Positions 17,074 through 24,660 of a DNA stretch of 42,766 nucleotides are shown here, piece after piece. The DNA lies in the NCBI GenBank assembly GCA_050486505.1, contig JBJHDK010000005.1, forward strand, positions 20,953 to 63,718. The letters are read 5' to 3'. The DNA comes from Fibrobacteria bacterium (GTDB lineage Bacteria; Fibrobacterota; Fibrobacteria; UBA11236). The position numbers and the translations under genes were made by a program. Position 1 is the stretch's first letter, and every line of letters begins with the position of its first letter. The notes under the pieces were generated by a model. The model saw only the letters and a list, made by a program, of their open reading frames with translations. It was not told where the DNA came from and ran no database searches.

Positions 17074-17895
17074 TCAGGCGGGCTTCGACCAGATCGAGGC
17101 GAACTGGTGGTGTCCGTGCACGCAAACGAGCCCGGCGTCCGACAAGGTTGCGTGCAGCGCCTTGATGTCCACGTCCTTGTGCATGGGCATGTCTTCTTCC
17201 TCGCCCGAGAGGTCGACGAGCATGATGAAGATGCCGCCGGGGGCGAGGTGCCCGCACAGGTCGCGGGTCGGGGTGCAGGGGTCGTCGAGGTGCTCCATCA
17301 CGGCATCGGTGAAGAGGATGTCGAAGGTGCCCTCGAGCCGCAATTCCCCGGGAACGGTTTGCTGCATTTTGACGGGGATGCCGTGTTTTTCGAAGCGCCA
17401 TTTGGCGAATTCGAACTGGCGCCCGGGAATGTCGAGGTAGGTGACGTCCTTGCCCATGTCGGCGACAAGCTCGCAGAACACGCCCGTGCCGCCGCCGAAT
17501 TCGAGGAAGCGCTTGCCCGGGTGGTTCCGGATCGAATTGAGGAAGAGGGGGGAATACCCGTCGAGCTTCTCCCTCAGGGTGTTCTTCGAGACGTTGGCCG
17601 CGAGGATGTCGCAGATGTAGTAGGCGGAGGTTCCGTAGAAGTCGCGCGCCTTGTCGCCGAAGTCGCGCCCCGGCAGGGCCAGCCATTCGGCGCGGGTCAG
17701 GGTCTTGTAGTCGCGGATGCGGCGCTCGACCTCCTTGACGTCGATGCCCTCGAATTCCGCGTAGTCGGTGATGACGTCGTGGGAGGGGTCCCAGGTGTAG
17801 GGCGCTTCGTGGCCGCGGCGCAGGAGCTTTTTCAGGAGTTTTTTCAGCGTTTTCAAGGCATTCCCCGGATGAAGGGCCGTTCGATGGTCAGTCAT
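17074..17895 (-). CDS. Class I SAM-dependent methyltransferase
   Basis: Motif I RFLEFGGGTG, VTYLDI, FDILFTDAVMEHLDDP, HLAPGGIF. Start codon uncertain. Confidence 0.85.
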   Translation of the reverse strand: MTDHRTALHPGNALKTLKKLLKKLLRRGHEAPYTWDPSHDVITDYAEFEGIDVKEVERRIRDYKTLTRAEWLALPGRDFGDKARDFYGTSAYYICDILAANVSKNTLREKLDGYSPLFLNSIRNHPGKRFLEFGGGTGVFCELVADMGKDVTYLDIPGRQFEFAKWRFEKHGIPVKMQQTVPGELRLEGTFDILFTDAVMEHLDDPCTPTRDLCGHLAPGGIFIMLVDLSGEEEDMPMHKDVDIKALHATLSDAGLVCVHGHHQFASIWSKPA

Positions 17896-17929
17896 TTCGG
17901 CCTTCGGATTTGACTCCTCCGGCTCCTGT

Positions 17930-17974
17930 GCTCGAAACCGATGATTCCAATCAGGAAGTCGATCGGTTTCGAGC
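17930..17974. promoter_or_regulatory. Long inverted repeat in the divergent methyltransferase/flippase intergenic region
   Basis: GCTCGAAACCGAT (17930-17942) and ATCGGTTTCGAGC (17962-17974) form a perfect 13-bp pair, with further internal TTCC/GGAA pairing. Confidence 0.45.
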
Positions 17975-18098
17975 GGTCGCCTGCGGAGTAAAATCCTGCG
18001 GCCTCCTCAAGATGACATACCGCTTGTGATTCCGGGGGAAACCCGGGCAGGGGAGCAATTTACCATATTAACCCCCAACTTCCGGCCGGTTTCCCATT

Positions 18099-19505
18099 TT
18101 GATCTCCCGCTCCATCCTGTCCAACTACCTCGGCTCGCTCTTCGGCCTGGCCGTGTCGAAGGGGTTGCGCTTCGCCGGGGTGGTGTATTGCATCCGCATG
18201 GTGGGCGATTATACGTGGGGGCAGACGGTTTCCACCATCGCGCTGCTGTCGTTTCTGGCCTTCATTATCGACCAGGGGCTGAGCGGGTCGCCCCTGTTGT
18301 ATCACCTGCGGAGCCGCGTCGCCGATGCGCGGCTTTTGCGCATGATCTCGGGGTATCGCCTCTCGATGGCGGTGCTGTTCGTCGCCGCCATCCACCTCTT
18401 TCATCGCGTCATCGTACCGCTCGACGAGCTCGTGCTGGTCTATGCCTTCGTGCTGATTCCCCGGGCGCTGGCGGTCGACTGGTGGTTCCACCGGCGCGAG
18501 CAGTACCAGGTGACGACCTACATCGCCTCGGTGCGCACGCTGGTGTTCTTCGGGCTGGTGCTGGTGTTCGTGCGTCCCGGTGCCGGGGCGGAGACGCTGC
18601 TCTTCATCGAGATGGCGGCCGAGGCGGTGTCGATCGCGTTCGGCTACATCATGATGCGCTTCTCCCGCGCGGGCGCGACCCCGGACGAAACGGGACCGGA
18701 GTTCGGTCTCGGCGACCTGCTGCGTTTTTCCTTCCCCTTTCTGCTCATTGCCCTTTTGAACCAGGTTCAGGTTTCGATGGACATCGTGCTGCTGCGGTTT
18801 TTCCTCGGCAGCGAGGTGACGGCGCAATACGACGTGGGCATCAAGATCGGGTTCCTGTACTTCTTCGTGGGCGCGACCTTCGTGCAGATCATCCGTCCCA
18901 AGCTGACGCGCCTGTACCAGACCGGAGACCTCGCGCGGGTCGGGCACATTCTGCGCACCACGTCGTCGCTGCTGTTGCTGGCGGGGTCGCTGCTGCTGCT
19001 CCCGTCCTTCTATTTCTCCGGGGACATCATTTCGCTGTTGTACAATCGCGACGGCGGCTTGCCGGCGTTCGTGTTCCAGTGGGCGGCGCTGTGGGTGGGC
19101 GTGAGCTTCATGACCATGCTGGGCACCGATACGTTGCTCTCGCTGGGGAAGCGCAGGTTTTATCTGTACGCGGCCGGTGTGTGCGCCGTGGTGAACATCG
19201 CGGGCAACCTCGTGCTGCTGCAGGTGTTCGGGGGGCACGGCGCCATCTTCGCGAAAATCCTGTCGGAGGCGGCGTTCCTCGTCGCGGCCCTGGCGTTCAT
19301 TCCGCGCGAGGTGCGGTCGACGTTCGCCGCTTCGCTGGGGTTCCAGTTCCTCGTGCTCGCGGGGTTTGTCGTCGTGCTGCTGGGCTCGGCGGCATTCGAT
19401 GCACCGATGGCGGGTTTTGCGTTGTCGCTGGCCGGTTGCGGGCTGATCGTGTGGCGCGGGCGCGTGTTTTCGCACGAGACCTTCGCGGTGCTGCGCGATA
19501 ACTGA
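18099..19505 (+). CDS. wzx: Wzx-type oligosaccharide flippase (MOP superfamily)
   Basis: About 12-14 hydrophobic segments, N-terminal ILSNYL, IDQGL, 'LLRFSFPFLL...MDIVLLRFFLG...AQY', NIAGNLVLL..FG.HGAIFA. TTG start. Confidence 0.85.
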   Translation: MISRSILSNYLGSLFGLAVSKGLRFAGVVYCIRMVGDYTWGQTVSTIALLSFLAFIIDQGLSGSPLLYHLRSRVADARLLRMISGYRLSMAVLFVAAIHLFHRVIVPLDELVLVYAFVLIPRALAVDWWFHRREQYQVTTYIASVRTLVFFGLVLVFVRPGAGAETLLFIEMAAEAVSIAFGYIMMRFSRAGATPDETGPEFGLGDLLRFSFPFLLIALLNQVQVSMDIVLLRFFLGSEVTAQYDVGIKIGFLYFFVGATFVQIIRPKLTRLYQTGDLARVGHILRTTSSLLLLAGSLLLLPSFYFSGDIISLLYNRDGGLPAFVFQWAALWVGVSFMTMLGTDTLLSLGKRRFYLYAAGVCAVVNIAGNLVLLQVFGGHGAIFAKILSEAAFLVAALAFIPREVRSTFAASLGFQFLVLAGFVVVLLGSAAFDAPMAGFALSLAGCGLIVWRGRVFSHETFAVLRDN

Positions 19506-19586
19506 AGTCCCAGGATTCCGCGTTCACGACGAGGAGCCGTTCTGAAGCGGGGAATTCCAGCGAAATCCGGAGATTTTGGGGGAAAA

Positions 19587-19662
19587 TGGAGCCACTTACC
19601 GGATTTGAACCGATGACCTACTCATTACGAATGAGCCGCTCTACCAACTGAGCTAAAGTGGC
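19587..19662 (-). tRNA. tRNA-Thr (anticodon CGT), 76 nt with encoded CCA
   Basis: GCCACTT-TA-GCTCAGTTGGTAGAGC-G-GCTCA TTCGTAA TGAGT-AGGTC-ATCGG TTCAAAT CCGGT-AAGTGGC-TCCA folds to a cloverleaf. Confidence 0.97.
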
Positions 19663-19673
19663 GTAGGACGGGA

Positions 19674-19702
19674 AAATTAGCCTGTCCTGCCGGGCTTGCC
19701 AA
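19674..19702 (-). promoter_or_regulatory. Sigma70-type promoter for tRNA-Thr
   Basis: TTGGCA-17 bp-TAATTT on the minus strand, 11 nt before the tRNA 5' end. Confidence 0.6.
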
Positions 19703-19746
19703 TGGGGGGCCCGGTTGCTCCCGAGAGTCAGCTTGTTTCCGTGGCA

Positions 19747-19882
19747 GGGGCCGGGAAAAATTTGTTCGTGCTCGGTCCGGCTGCGCTCCTAAACGCCCTT
19801 TAAGAAGGCCCTTCGGGCCGTTTGAATGATTGGCTCCGGGTGCTCGCCTCCCCTCCGCGCGAACAAATGTTTTCCCGACCCC
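19747..19882. repeat. 136-bp element with about 25-bp imperfect terminal inverted repeats (MITE-like or structured RNA)
   Basis: Left end GGGGCCGGGAAAAATTTGTTCGTGC versus reverse complement of the right end GGGGTCGGGAAAACATTTGTTCGCGC; internal GGCCC-TTCG-GGCC hairpin. Confidence 0.55.
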
Positions 19883-19985
19883 ACGAAAGCGGATGGAACG
19901 GATTTGACTGTTTGCCGGTCTCTGTTTCGAGGACGAACACTTTTCCGGGCTTAAAAAACAGACGCCCGGTCGCCGGACCGGTGGT

Positions 19986-21398
19986 TCAGCGGGGGGTGAC
20001 CAGGTAGTCCCGCATGTCGAAGGGGACTCTCCGCAGCTTTCGCGCCAGAATCCTGCCGTAGAGCAGGACTTCCCGCCAGCGGGGAACCCAGGTCGCCACG
20101 AAGCGGGGCGAGAGCATGCGGGTCCACGGCAGCATTTCGCTCTCGTACAGGTTGAACAGCAGTTCTAGGAACCAGTGGTACTTGAGGTCGGCCTTGCGGC
20201 AGCGAAACCGGACGCGCTTGCCGATGCCCAGGTGGAGGAACAGGTCGAGCGCCATGCATTGCCTGAAGATGTAGGCCGAGGTGTGGATTTGCAGCGGGTC
20301 GGAGGCGTCGGTCACGGTGCCGGGATCCGCGTCGGTGACGGTGCCTTTCCAGAGATTGATCCGGAAGGCCTGCGGTTTCGCGCCCGTGAGTACATAGGTG
20401 ACCGGCCGACCCCGGAACATCCACCGGGCCGCCCACGGCAGGGCCGCGATGAACTTGCGGAAGTATTTCTCCACCTGCGCGAGGGACACCGACGTTTTGG
20501 CCTCGAGCGCGTAGAACTTTTCGAGAACCGGAGCCTTGGCGTCGCGATACTCCGCCAGCAGGCGCTCTCGTTCCCGGAACCATGGCCCGTCGGCGATGGA
20601 GAACCCCGTGTCCGAATCCCACGAGTCCCCCGAGACCATGAGACGCAACTCCGGCCCCCCCACCTTTTCCCTGCGGAAAAACTCTTCGACCTGCACGGGC
20701 GTGGTCACGGTGGAGTTGAGGTGGAAAACGTCCTTGTGCAAAAAGCAGTGGTTGCTGGCGAAGGGGATCGCATAGCGGGTGCCGGTGCGCGCGGCGAAGT
20801 CGGCGAAGTCGCGGGCGTAGCGGCTGCCGTCGTCGGCGGTTTCGTTGGGGGCGTCGGTGAAGTCGAAGCACAGACGCGGGTTGGCGGAGCTGTGGCTGCG
20901 GAACACGAAGTCGATGCGGGGGTGGCGGCGCAGGATCTGGTCGAGCGGGCCGCCCATGAACTTGGCGTCGTTGCAGTTGAAAAGGACGGTGTTTTCGCAT
21001 TCGACGACGGCGGCGCTGTCGGTGAAGGGATAGAACTGCCACGAGGTGAGTTTGAATCCCGGCGCGAGTTCGATGGTCTCGCCGTGGCGGAGCTCGCGCA
21101 CGTTCTTGAAACCGATTTGATGCAAGTCCTTTTTCATGCGCAGGGTGTTTCCGCGCGGGACGAGAATGGGGGTTTCCTTCGCGAACTTGCGCAGGGAGGG
21201 GCCCTGGAAGTGGTCCCAGTGGATGTGGGTGAGGTAGATGAAATCAGGCTTCAGGGACTCGATGAGTTCCCGCGCCACCGGGGGGTAGTTCCACCAGGAG
21301 CGCCAGTAGGTGCTGCCGATGAGCCAGGGGTCGAAGAGCAGCGTCTTGCCGGCACCCTGCACCTGCATGCCGGCGTGGGAGAGGATCTGGAAACGCAT
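19986..21398 (-). CDS. MBL-fold metallo-hydrolase, CMP-Neu5Ac hydroxylase-like/UlaG-like, no Rieske domain
   Basis: ILSHAG..LLFDPWLIGSTYWRSWWNYPP, FIYLTHIHWDHF (HxHxDH), FTDSA, FNCND, YAIPFAS. Start ATG 21398. Confidence 0.8.
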   Translation of the reverse strand: MRFQILSHAGMQVQGAGKTLLFDPWLIGSTYWRSWWNYPPVARELIESLKPDFIYLTHIHWDHFQGPSLRKFAKETPILVPRGNTLRMKKDLHQIGFKNVRELRHGETIELAPGFKLTSWQFYPFTDSAAVVECENTVLFNCNDAKFMGGPLDQILRRHPRIDFVFRSHSSANPRLCFDFTDAPNETADDGSRYARDFADFAARTGTRYAIPFASNHCFLHKDVFHLNSTVTTPVQVEEFFRREKVGGPELRLMVSGDSWDSDTGFSIADGPWFRERERLLAEYRDAKAPVLEKFYALEAKTSVSLAQVEKYFRKFIAALPWAARWMFRGRPVTYVLTGAKPQAFRINLWKGTVTDADPGTVTDASDPLQIHTSAYIFRQCMALDLFLHLGIGKRVRFRCRKADLKYHWFLELLFNLYESEMLPWTRMLSPRFVATWVPRWREVLLYGRILARKLRRVPFDMRDYLVTPR

Positions 21399-21585
21399 CG
21401 CGGGGAATGATAGAAGATGGGATGGCAGGTCCCCGCCCCGGCACCTTGATACAACTCGCCGGCATTGAGTGCTCGTGCGTTGCACGAGTGTATCGAAATG
21501 CCGGCCGGATTTCGGTTCCCGCGTCGTCGTGACGGGAACGGTCGCGGCCAATTGGCTACATTGTCATCCCTTGCAAGGGAGAAAC

Positions 21586-22740
21586 ATGGCCAAAATCAAC
21601 GGATTGAATGGACTTCGCCCCGCTCCGGCAGCGGCGGCCCGGTTGGTGACCCCACCCTACGATGTGATCAAGGAGGGGTCCCCCCTCGAATCCTTCCTGA
21701 AGAAAAACCCCTCGTCGTTTTATCACGTGACGTTGGGGCCGAACCCCGCTGAGGCGCTCACCTTGCTGCAGAAGCAGCGCGTGCTGGTGCCCGACGAAGA
21801 GCCCGCCTTTTATGTGTACGAGCAGATCTGGAAAGACCAGGCGCGCATCGGATTTTTTGCAGCGGTGGAAGTCTCGCCTTATTCCGAGGGGAATGTCGTC
21901 AGGCACGAGAAGACGTTCGACGAGAAGGTGAAGGGTCGCCTGGCGGTGACGCGCGAGACGGGGTACACGCTCGAGCCCATCTTCCTGCTGACCAAGTCCC
22001 ATATCGGCACGGTGCTTGATCGTGTGCGTAACTCCGGCAAGCCGCTGTACCAGTTCTCGAGCGACTTCAAGGAGCTGAACGACCTGCATGGCATTCGCAC
22101 ACGCGTGTGGCGCGTGCCGGAGAATTCACCGGAGGGCGAAACTCTGCGGGATGCGATCGCGCAGAATCCCCTGTATATCGCCGACGGCCATCACCGTTAC
22201 CACGCGGCCCTGCTCGGCGGGCAGACCCACGCGATGGCCTACATCGTGGAAGACGCGCGCATCCTCGCCTACAACCGCGTGATCCGCGGCAAGGTTCCTT
22301 TCGCGCAGGCCAAGGCCTCGCTTGACCTGGTGCCGACGGACGCATTCGCAACCCCGCCGAAGAACCACTTCTGCATCCATTCCCGCGAGGGCACGTTCCT
22401 GCTCAAGGCGAAGTCGGTGCCTTCAGACGTGGTGGGCAAGCTGGATTGCTCGATTCTGGAGAAGGAGCTTTACCCGCATCTCGGTGTGGAGCATCCGATG
22501 ATCCTCAAGAAGGAACACTTCGATTATTACCCCGAGTGGGATTTGGCCACCATGAAGTCGTTGGTCGATTCCGACGAGTACGACATCGCGGTGGCCTTGC
22601 ACCCGGTGTCGATCGGTGAGTTGATGGCGGTGGCCGACGCGGGGTTGAAGGATCCCGAGGTGGTCATGCCGGAGAAGTCGACCTTCTTCGCCCCGAAGAT
22701 TCTGTCGGGGTTGTTTCTGTACAAGCACGTTTTGAAATAA
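21586..22740 (+). CDS. DUF1015 family protein
   Basis: PPYDVI, PAFYVYEQ, VVRHEKT, PIFL, LYIADGHHRY, V.MPEKSTFFAPKILSGL. AAGGGAG before ATG 21586. Confidence 0.88.
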   Translation: MAKINGLNGLRPAPAAAARLVTPPYDVIKEGSPLESFLKKNPSSFYHVTLGPNPAEALTLLQKQRVLVPDEEPAFYVYEQIWKDQARIGFFAAVEVSPYSEGNVVRHEKTFDEKVKGRLAVTRETGYTLEPIFLLTKSHIGTVLDRVRNSGKPLYQFSSDFKELNDLHGIRTRVWRVPENSPEGETLRDAIAQNPLYIADGHHRYHAALLGGQTHAMAYIVEDARILAYNRVIRGKVPFAQAKASLDLVPTDAFATPPKNHFCIHSREGTFLLKAKSVPSDVVGKLDCSILEKELYPHLGVEHPMILKKEHFDYYPEWDLATMKSLVDSDEYDIAVALHPVSIGELMAVADAGLKDPEVVMPEKSTFFAPKILSGLFLYKHVLK

Positions 22741-22766
22741 CCGACGCCGGATGTTCGTGGCGGGTT

Positions 22767-22828
22767 GTAGGGGCAAATGATGATTCGTTCGCCTGCGGCG
22801 ACCTCATTCAAAGGCAATTTGCCCCTAC
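22767..22828 (+). repeat. Composite REP (GTAGGGGCAAAT...ATTTGCCCCTAC) with nested hairpin module, copy 1
   Basis: 12-bp terminal inverted repeat with GTAG ends; near-identical direct copy at 23436-23496. Confidence 0.85.
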
Positions 22829-22834
22829 GTTCGA

Positions 22835-23323
22835 TCATTGTTTCGGAACCCGCCACAAATCCGGTGTCGAAAGCTGCGTCGCGCCTGCGGCCTTCAGGTA
22901 CAGGAACAGTTGCATGCGATAGCCCGTGAGCCAGCGGTAGGGGTAGTTCACGATCGCGTCGATCTTGGTGAACGTTTCCCCGAACGGGAAGGTCATGGTT
23001 CCGTTCACAAGATCCAGCGGGTTCGCGGCGCGCAGCAGGCGCGCGACCTCGGCGTCTTGCCAGCACATCATTGCCGTGAAATCCGAGGGCGGCATGTCCT
23101 TCACCAGCTCCATGGTCGGTGGCGTGGCCTTCCAGTCGCCCGCGAGCACGCGCACGATTCCGGTGTAGGGCCCCTTCGTCAGGTAGCGCATCAGGTCGAG
23201 CGTGTTGCGTTGCCCTGGGGTGGGCCGGTAGTCGAGCCCGCCCGGCGGCATTTTGCCCGCGAGCGCGATGCAGATTTCGGTTTCGTTGTGCCAGCAGCGG
23301 ATCAGGGATTCGAGTGAGAACAT
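22835..23323 (-). CDS. DinB/YfiT-like four-helix-bundle protein with degenerate metal site
   Basis: E.......MP...LDYRPTPGQRNTLDLMRYL...FGETFT...YRMQLFLYLKAAG pattern; GGAGG RBS; 162 aa. Confidence 0.7.
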   Translation of the reverse strand: MFSLESLIRCWHNETEICIALAGKMPPGGLDYRPTPGQRNTLDLMRYLTKGPYTGIVRVLAGDWKATPPTMELVKDMPPSDFTAMMCWQDAEVARLLRAANPLDLVNGTMTFPFGETFTKIDAIVNYPYRWLTGYRMQLFLYLKAAGATQLSTPDLWRVPKQ

Positions 23324-23365
23324 GGGGGGAAACCTCCGGGGGCGATGCGTTGGATGGGGCAGGGG

Positions 23366-23410
23366 CGGGCGACCGCCCCGGCCTTCGCCGGGGTGACAGG
23401 TCGCCCGTAC
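23366..23410 (-). repeat. Nested palindrome, REP-like: GTAC-GGGCGACC..GGTCGCCC enclosing a CCCCGGC/GCCGGGG hairpin
   Basis: Outer arms CGGGCGACC 23366-74 and GGTCGCCCG 23399-407; inner arms 23376-82 and 23387-93. Confidence 0.6.
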
Positions 23411-23435
23411 ATTCCTGCGGGGTCAATGCAGGCGT

Positions 23436-23496
23436 GTAGGGGCAAATAATGATTCGTTCGCCTTTGGCGACCTCATTCAACACAATTTGCCTCTAC
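23436..23496 (+). repeat. Composite REP with nested hairpin module, copy 2; supplies the dusA stop codon
   Basis: GTAGGGGCAAATAATGATTCGTTCGCCTTTGGCGACCTCATTCAACACAATTTGCCTCTAC. The dusA TAG (23493-23495, minus strand) is part of the terminal GTAG. Confidence 0.85.
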
Positions 23497-24494
23497 AATT
23501 CGGTGTGGGCCGTTTCGTTTTGGGATACCATTTCCATGGCGCGTTCGATCACCTCCGCGCCGGCGCCGGGGCGGGCGGCGCCTTCGGCGAGGGTGGTGCG
23601 CCAGGCCTTGGCGCCGCGCGCGCCGAGGAAGAGCGCGTGCAGGTGGCGGGCGATGAAGTGCAGGCGCTCGCCCTCGGCGAGCCGCTCGCGCACGTAGGGC
23701 AGGTAGGCCGCAACGATTTCCTCGCGCGTGCGCGGCGGCTCCGTGGCGCCGTGGAAGCGGCGATCGACGTCCGCAAGCATCATGGGGTCGCGGTAAGCCT
23801 CGCGGCCGATCATGGCGCCGTGCAATTCGCGGAACCAGGGCTCGGCCTGATCCAGCGAAACGATACCCCCGTTCATCACGAACTGCAGCCCGGGAAAATC
23901 CTGCGCAAGTTGCCGCACGATGTCATAGCGAAGAGGCGGCTTTTCGCGATTCTCCTTGGGCGACAGTCCCTTCAGCCAGGCCTTGCGCGCATGCACGGCG
24001 AACAAGGTGCAGCCGCCGCCCGCGACGGTTTCGACGAAGCGCTTGAGTGCGTCGTAAGAATCCTTGTCGTCGATGCCGATGCGGTGCTTGACTGTGACCG
24101 GCACGTTCGGACCTGCGCCGCGGATCATGGCCTTCACGCAGTCGCGCACCAGCTCCGGCTCGGCCATGAGGCACGCGCCGAACTTGCCGGATTGCACGCG
24201 GTCGCTGGGGCAGCCGCAGTTCAGGTTGATCTCGTCGTAGCCCATTTCGGCGCCGAGCGCGGCGCAGCGTTCCAGCTCGTCGGGGTTGCTGCCGCCCAGC
24301 TGGAGCGCGACCGGGTGCTCCGACGGGTCGTAGGCCAGCAGATGCTCCTTGCGCCCGTGCACGATGGCCGGCGCCGTCACCATTTCGGTGTAGAGGCGCA
24401 CATGCTTTGAGATGAGGCGCACCAGGTACCGGAAATGCCGGTCGGTGCATTCCATCATCGGCGCGACGGAGATGTGACGGGGGATTGAGGGCAT
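23493..24494 (-). CDS. dusA: tRNA-dihydrouridine(20/20a) synthase DusA
   Basis: SVAPMMECTDRHFRY, LYTEMVT, EHPVALQLGGS, GYDEINLNCGCPSDRVQSGKFGACLM, VTVKHRIGIDD, VHARKAWLKGLSPKENREKPPL. Confidence 0.95.
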   Translation of the reverse strand: MPSIPRHISVAPMMECTDRHFRYLVRLISKHVRLYTEMVTAPAIVHGRKEHLLAYDPSEHPVALQLGGSNPDELERCAALGAEMGYDEINLNCGCPSDRVQSGKFGACLMAEPELVRDCVKAMIRGAGPNVPVTVKHRIGIDDKDSYDALKRFVETVAGGGCTLFAVHARKAWLKGLSPKENREKPPLRYDIVRQLAQDFPGLQFVMNGGIVSLDQAEPWFRELHGAMIGREAYRDPMMLADVDRRFHGATEPPRTREEIVAAYLPYVRERLAEGERLHFIARHLHALFLGARGAKAWRTTLAEGAARPGAGAEVIERAMEMVSQNETAHTEL

Positions 24495-24512
24495 GGGGGG
24501 AAAGGTAGAAGA

Positions 24513-24660
24513 CGGTGGGCAGTGAACAGTGAGCAGTGAACAATACAGCAGTACAACAATACAGCAATAAAGAAAGAGAGGCGGGGAGGCGTTCTATTGT
24601 TGTACTGCTGTACTGCTTATTGTGCCGTATCTTCTACTGCCTACGGTCCACTGTTCACTG
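24513..24660. repeat. Nested inverted short-tandem-repeat element: outer 7-mers (CAGTGA[A/G]), inner 8-mers (CA[A/G]TACA[A/G])
   Basis: Left arm: CGGTGGG CAGTGAA CAGTGAG CAGTGAA CAATACAG CAGTACAA CAATACAG. Right arm: TATTGTTGTACTGCTGTACTG ... TCTACTG CCTACGG TCCACTG TTCACTG. Confidence 0.8.

Noticed and set aside
8795..19662. Polysaccharide locus as a genomic island integrated at the tRNA-Thr 3' end
   Set aside because: I saw no duplicate of the tRNA 3' end at the far boundary, no integrase, and no clear compositional break.
22767..23496. Integron attC sites around the DinB-like gene
   Set aside because: The ends are GTAG/CTAC rather than RYYYAAC...GTTRRRY, and no integron integrase is present.
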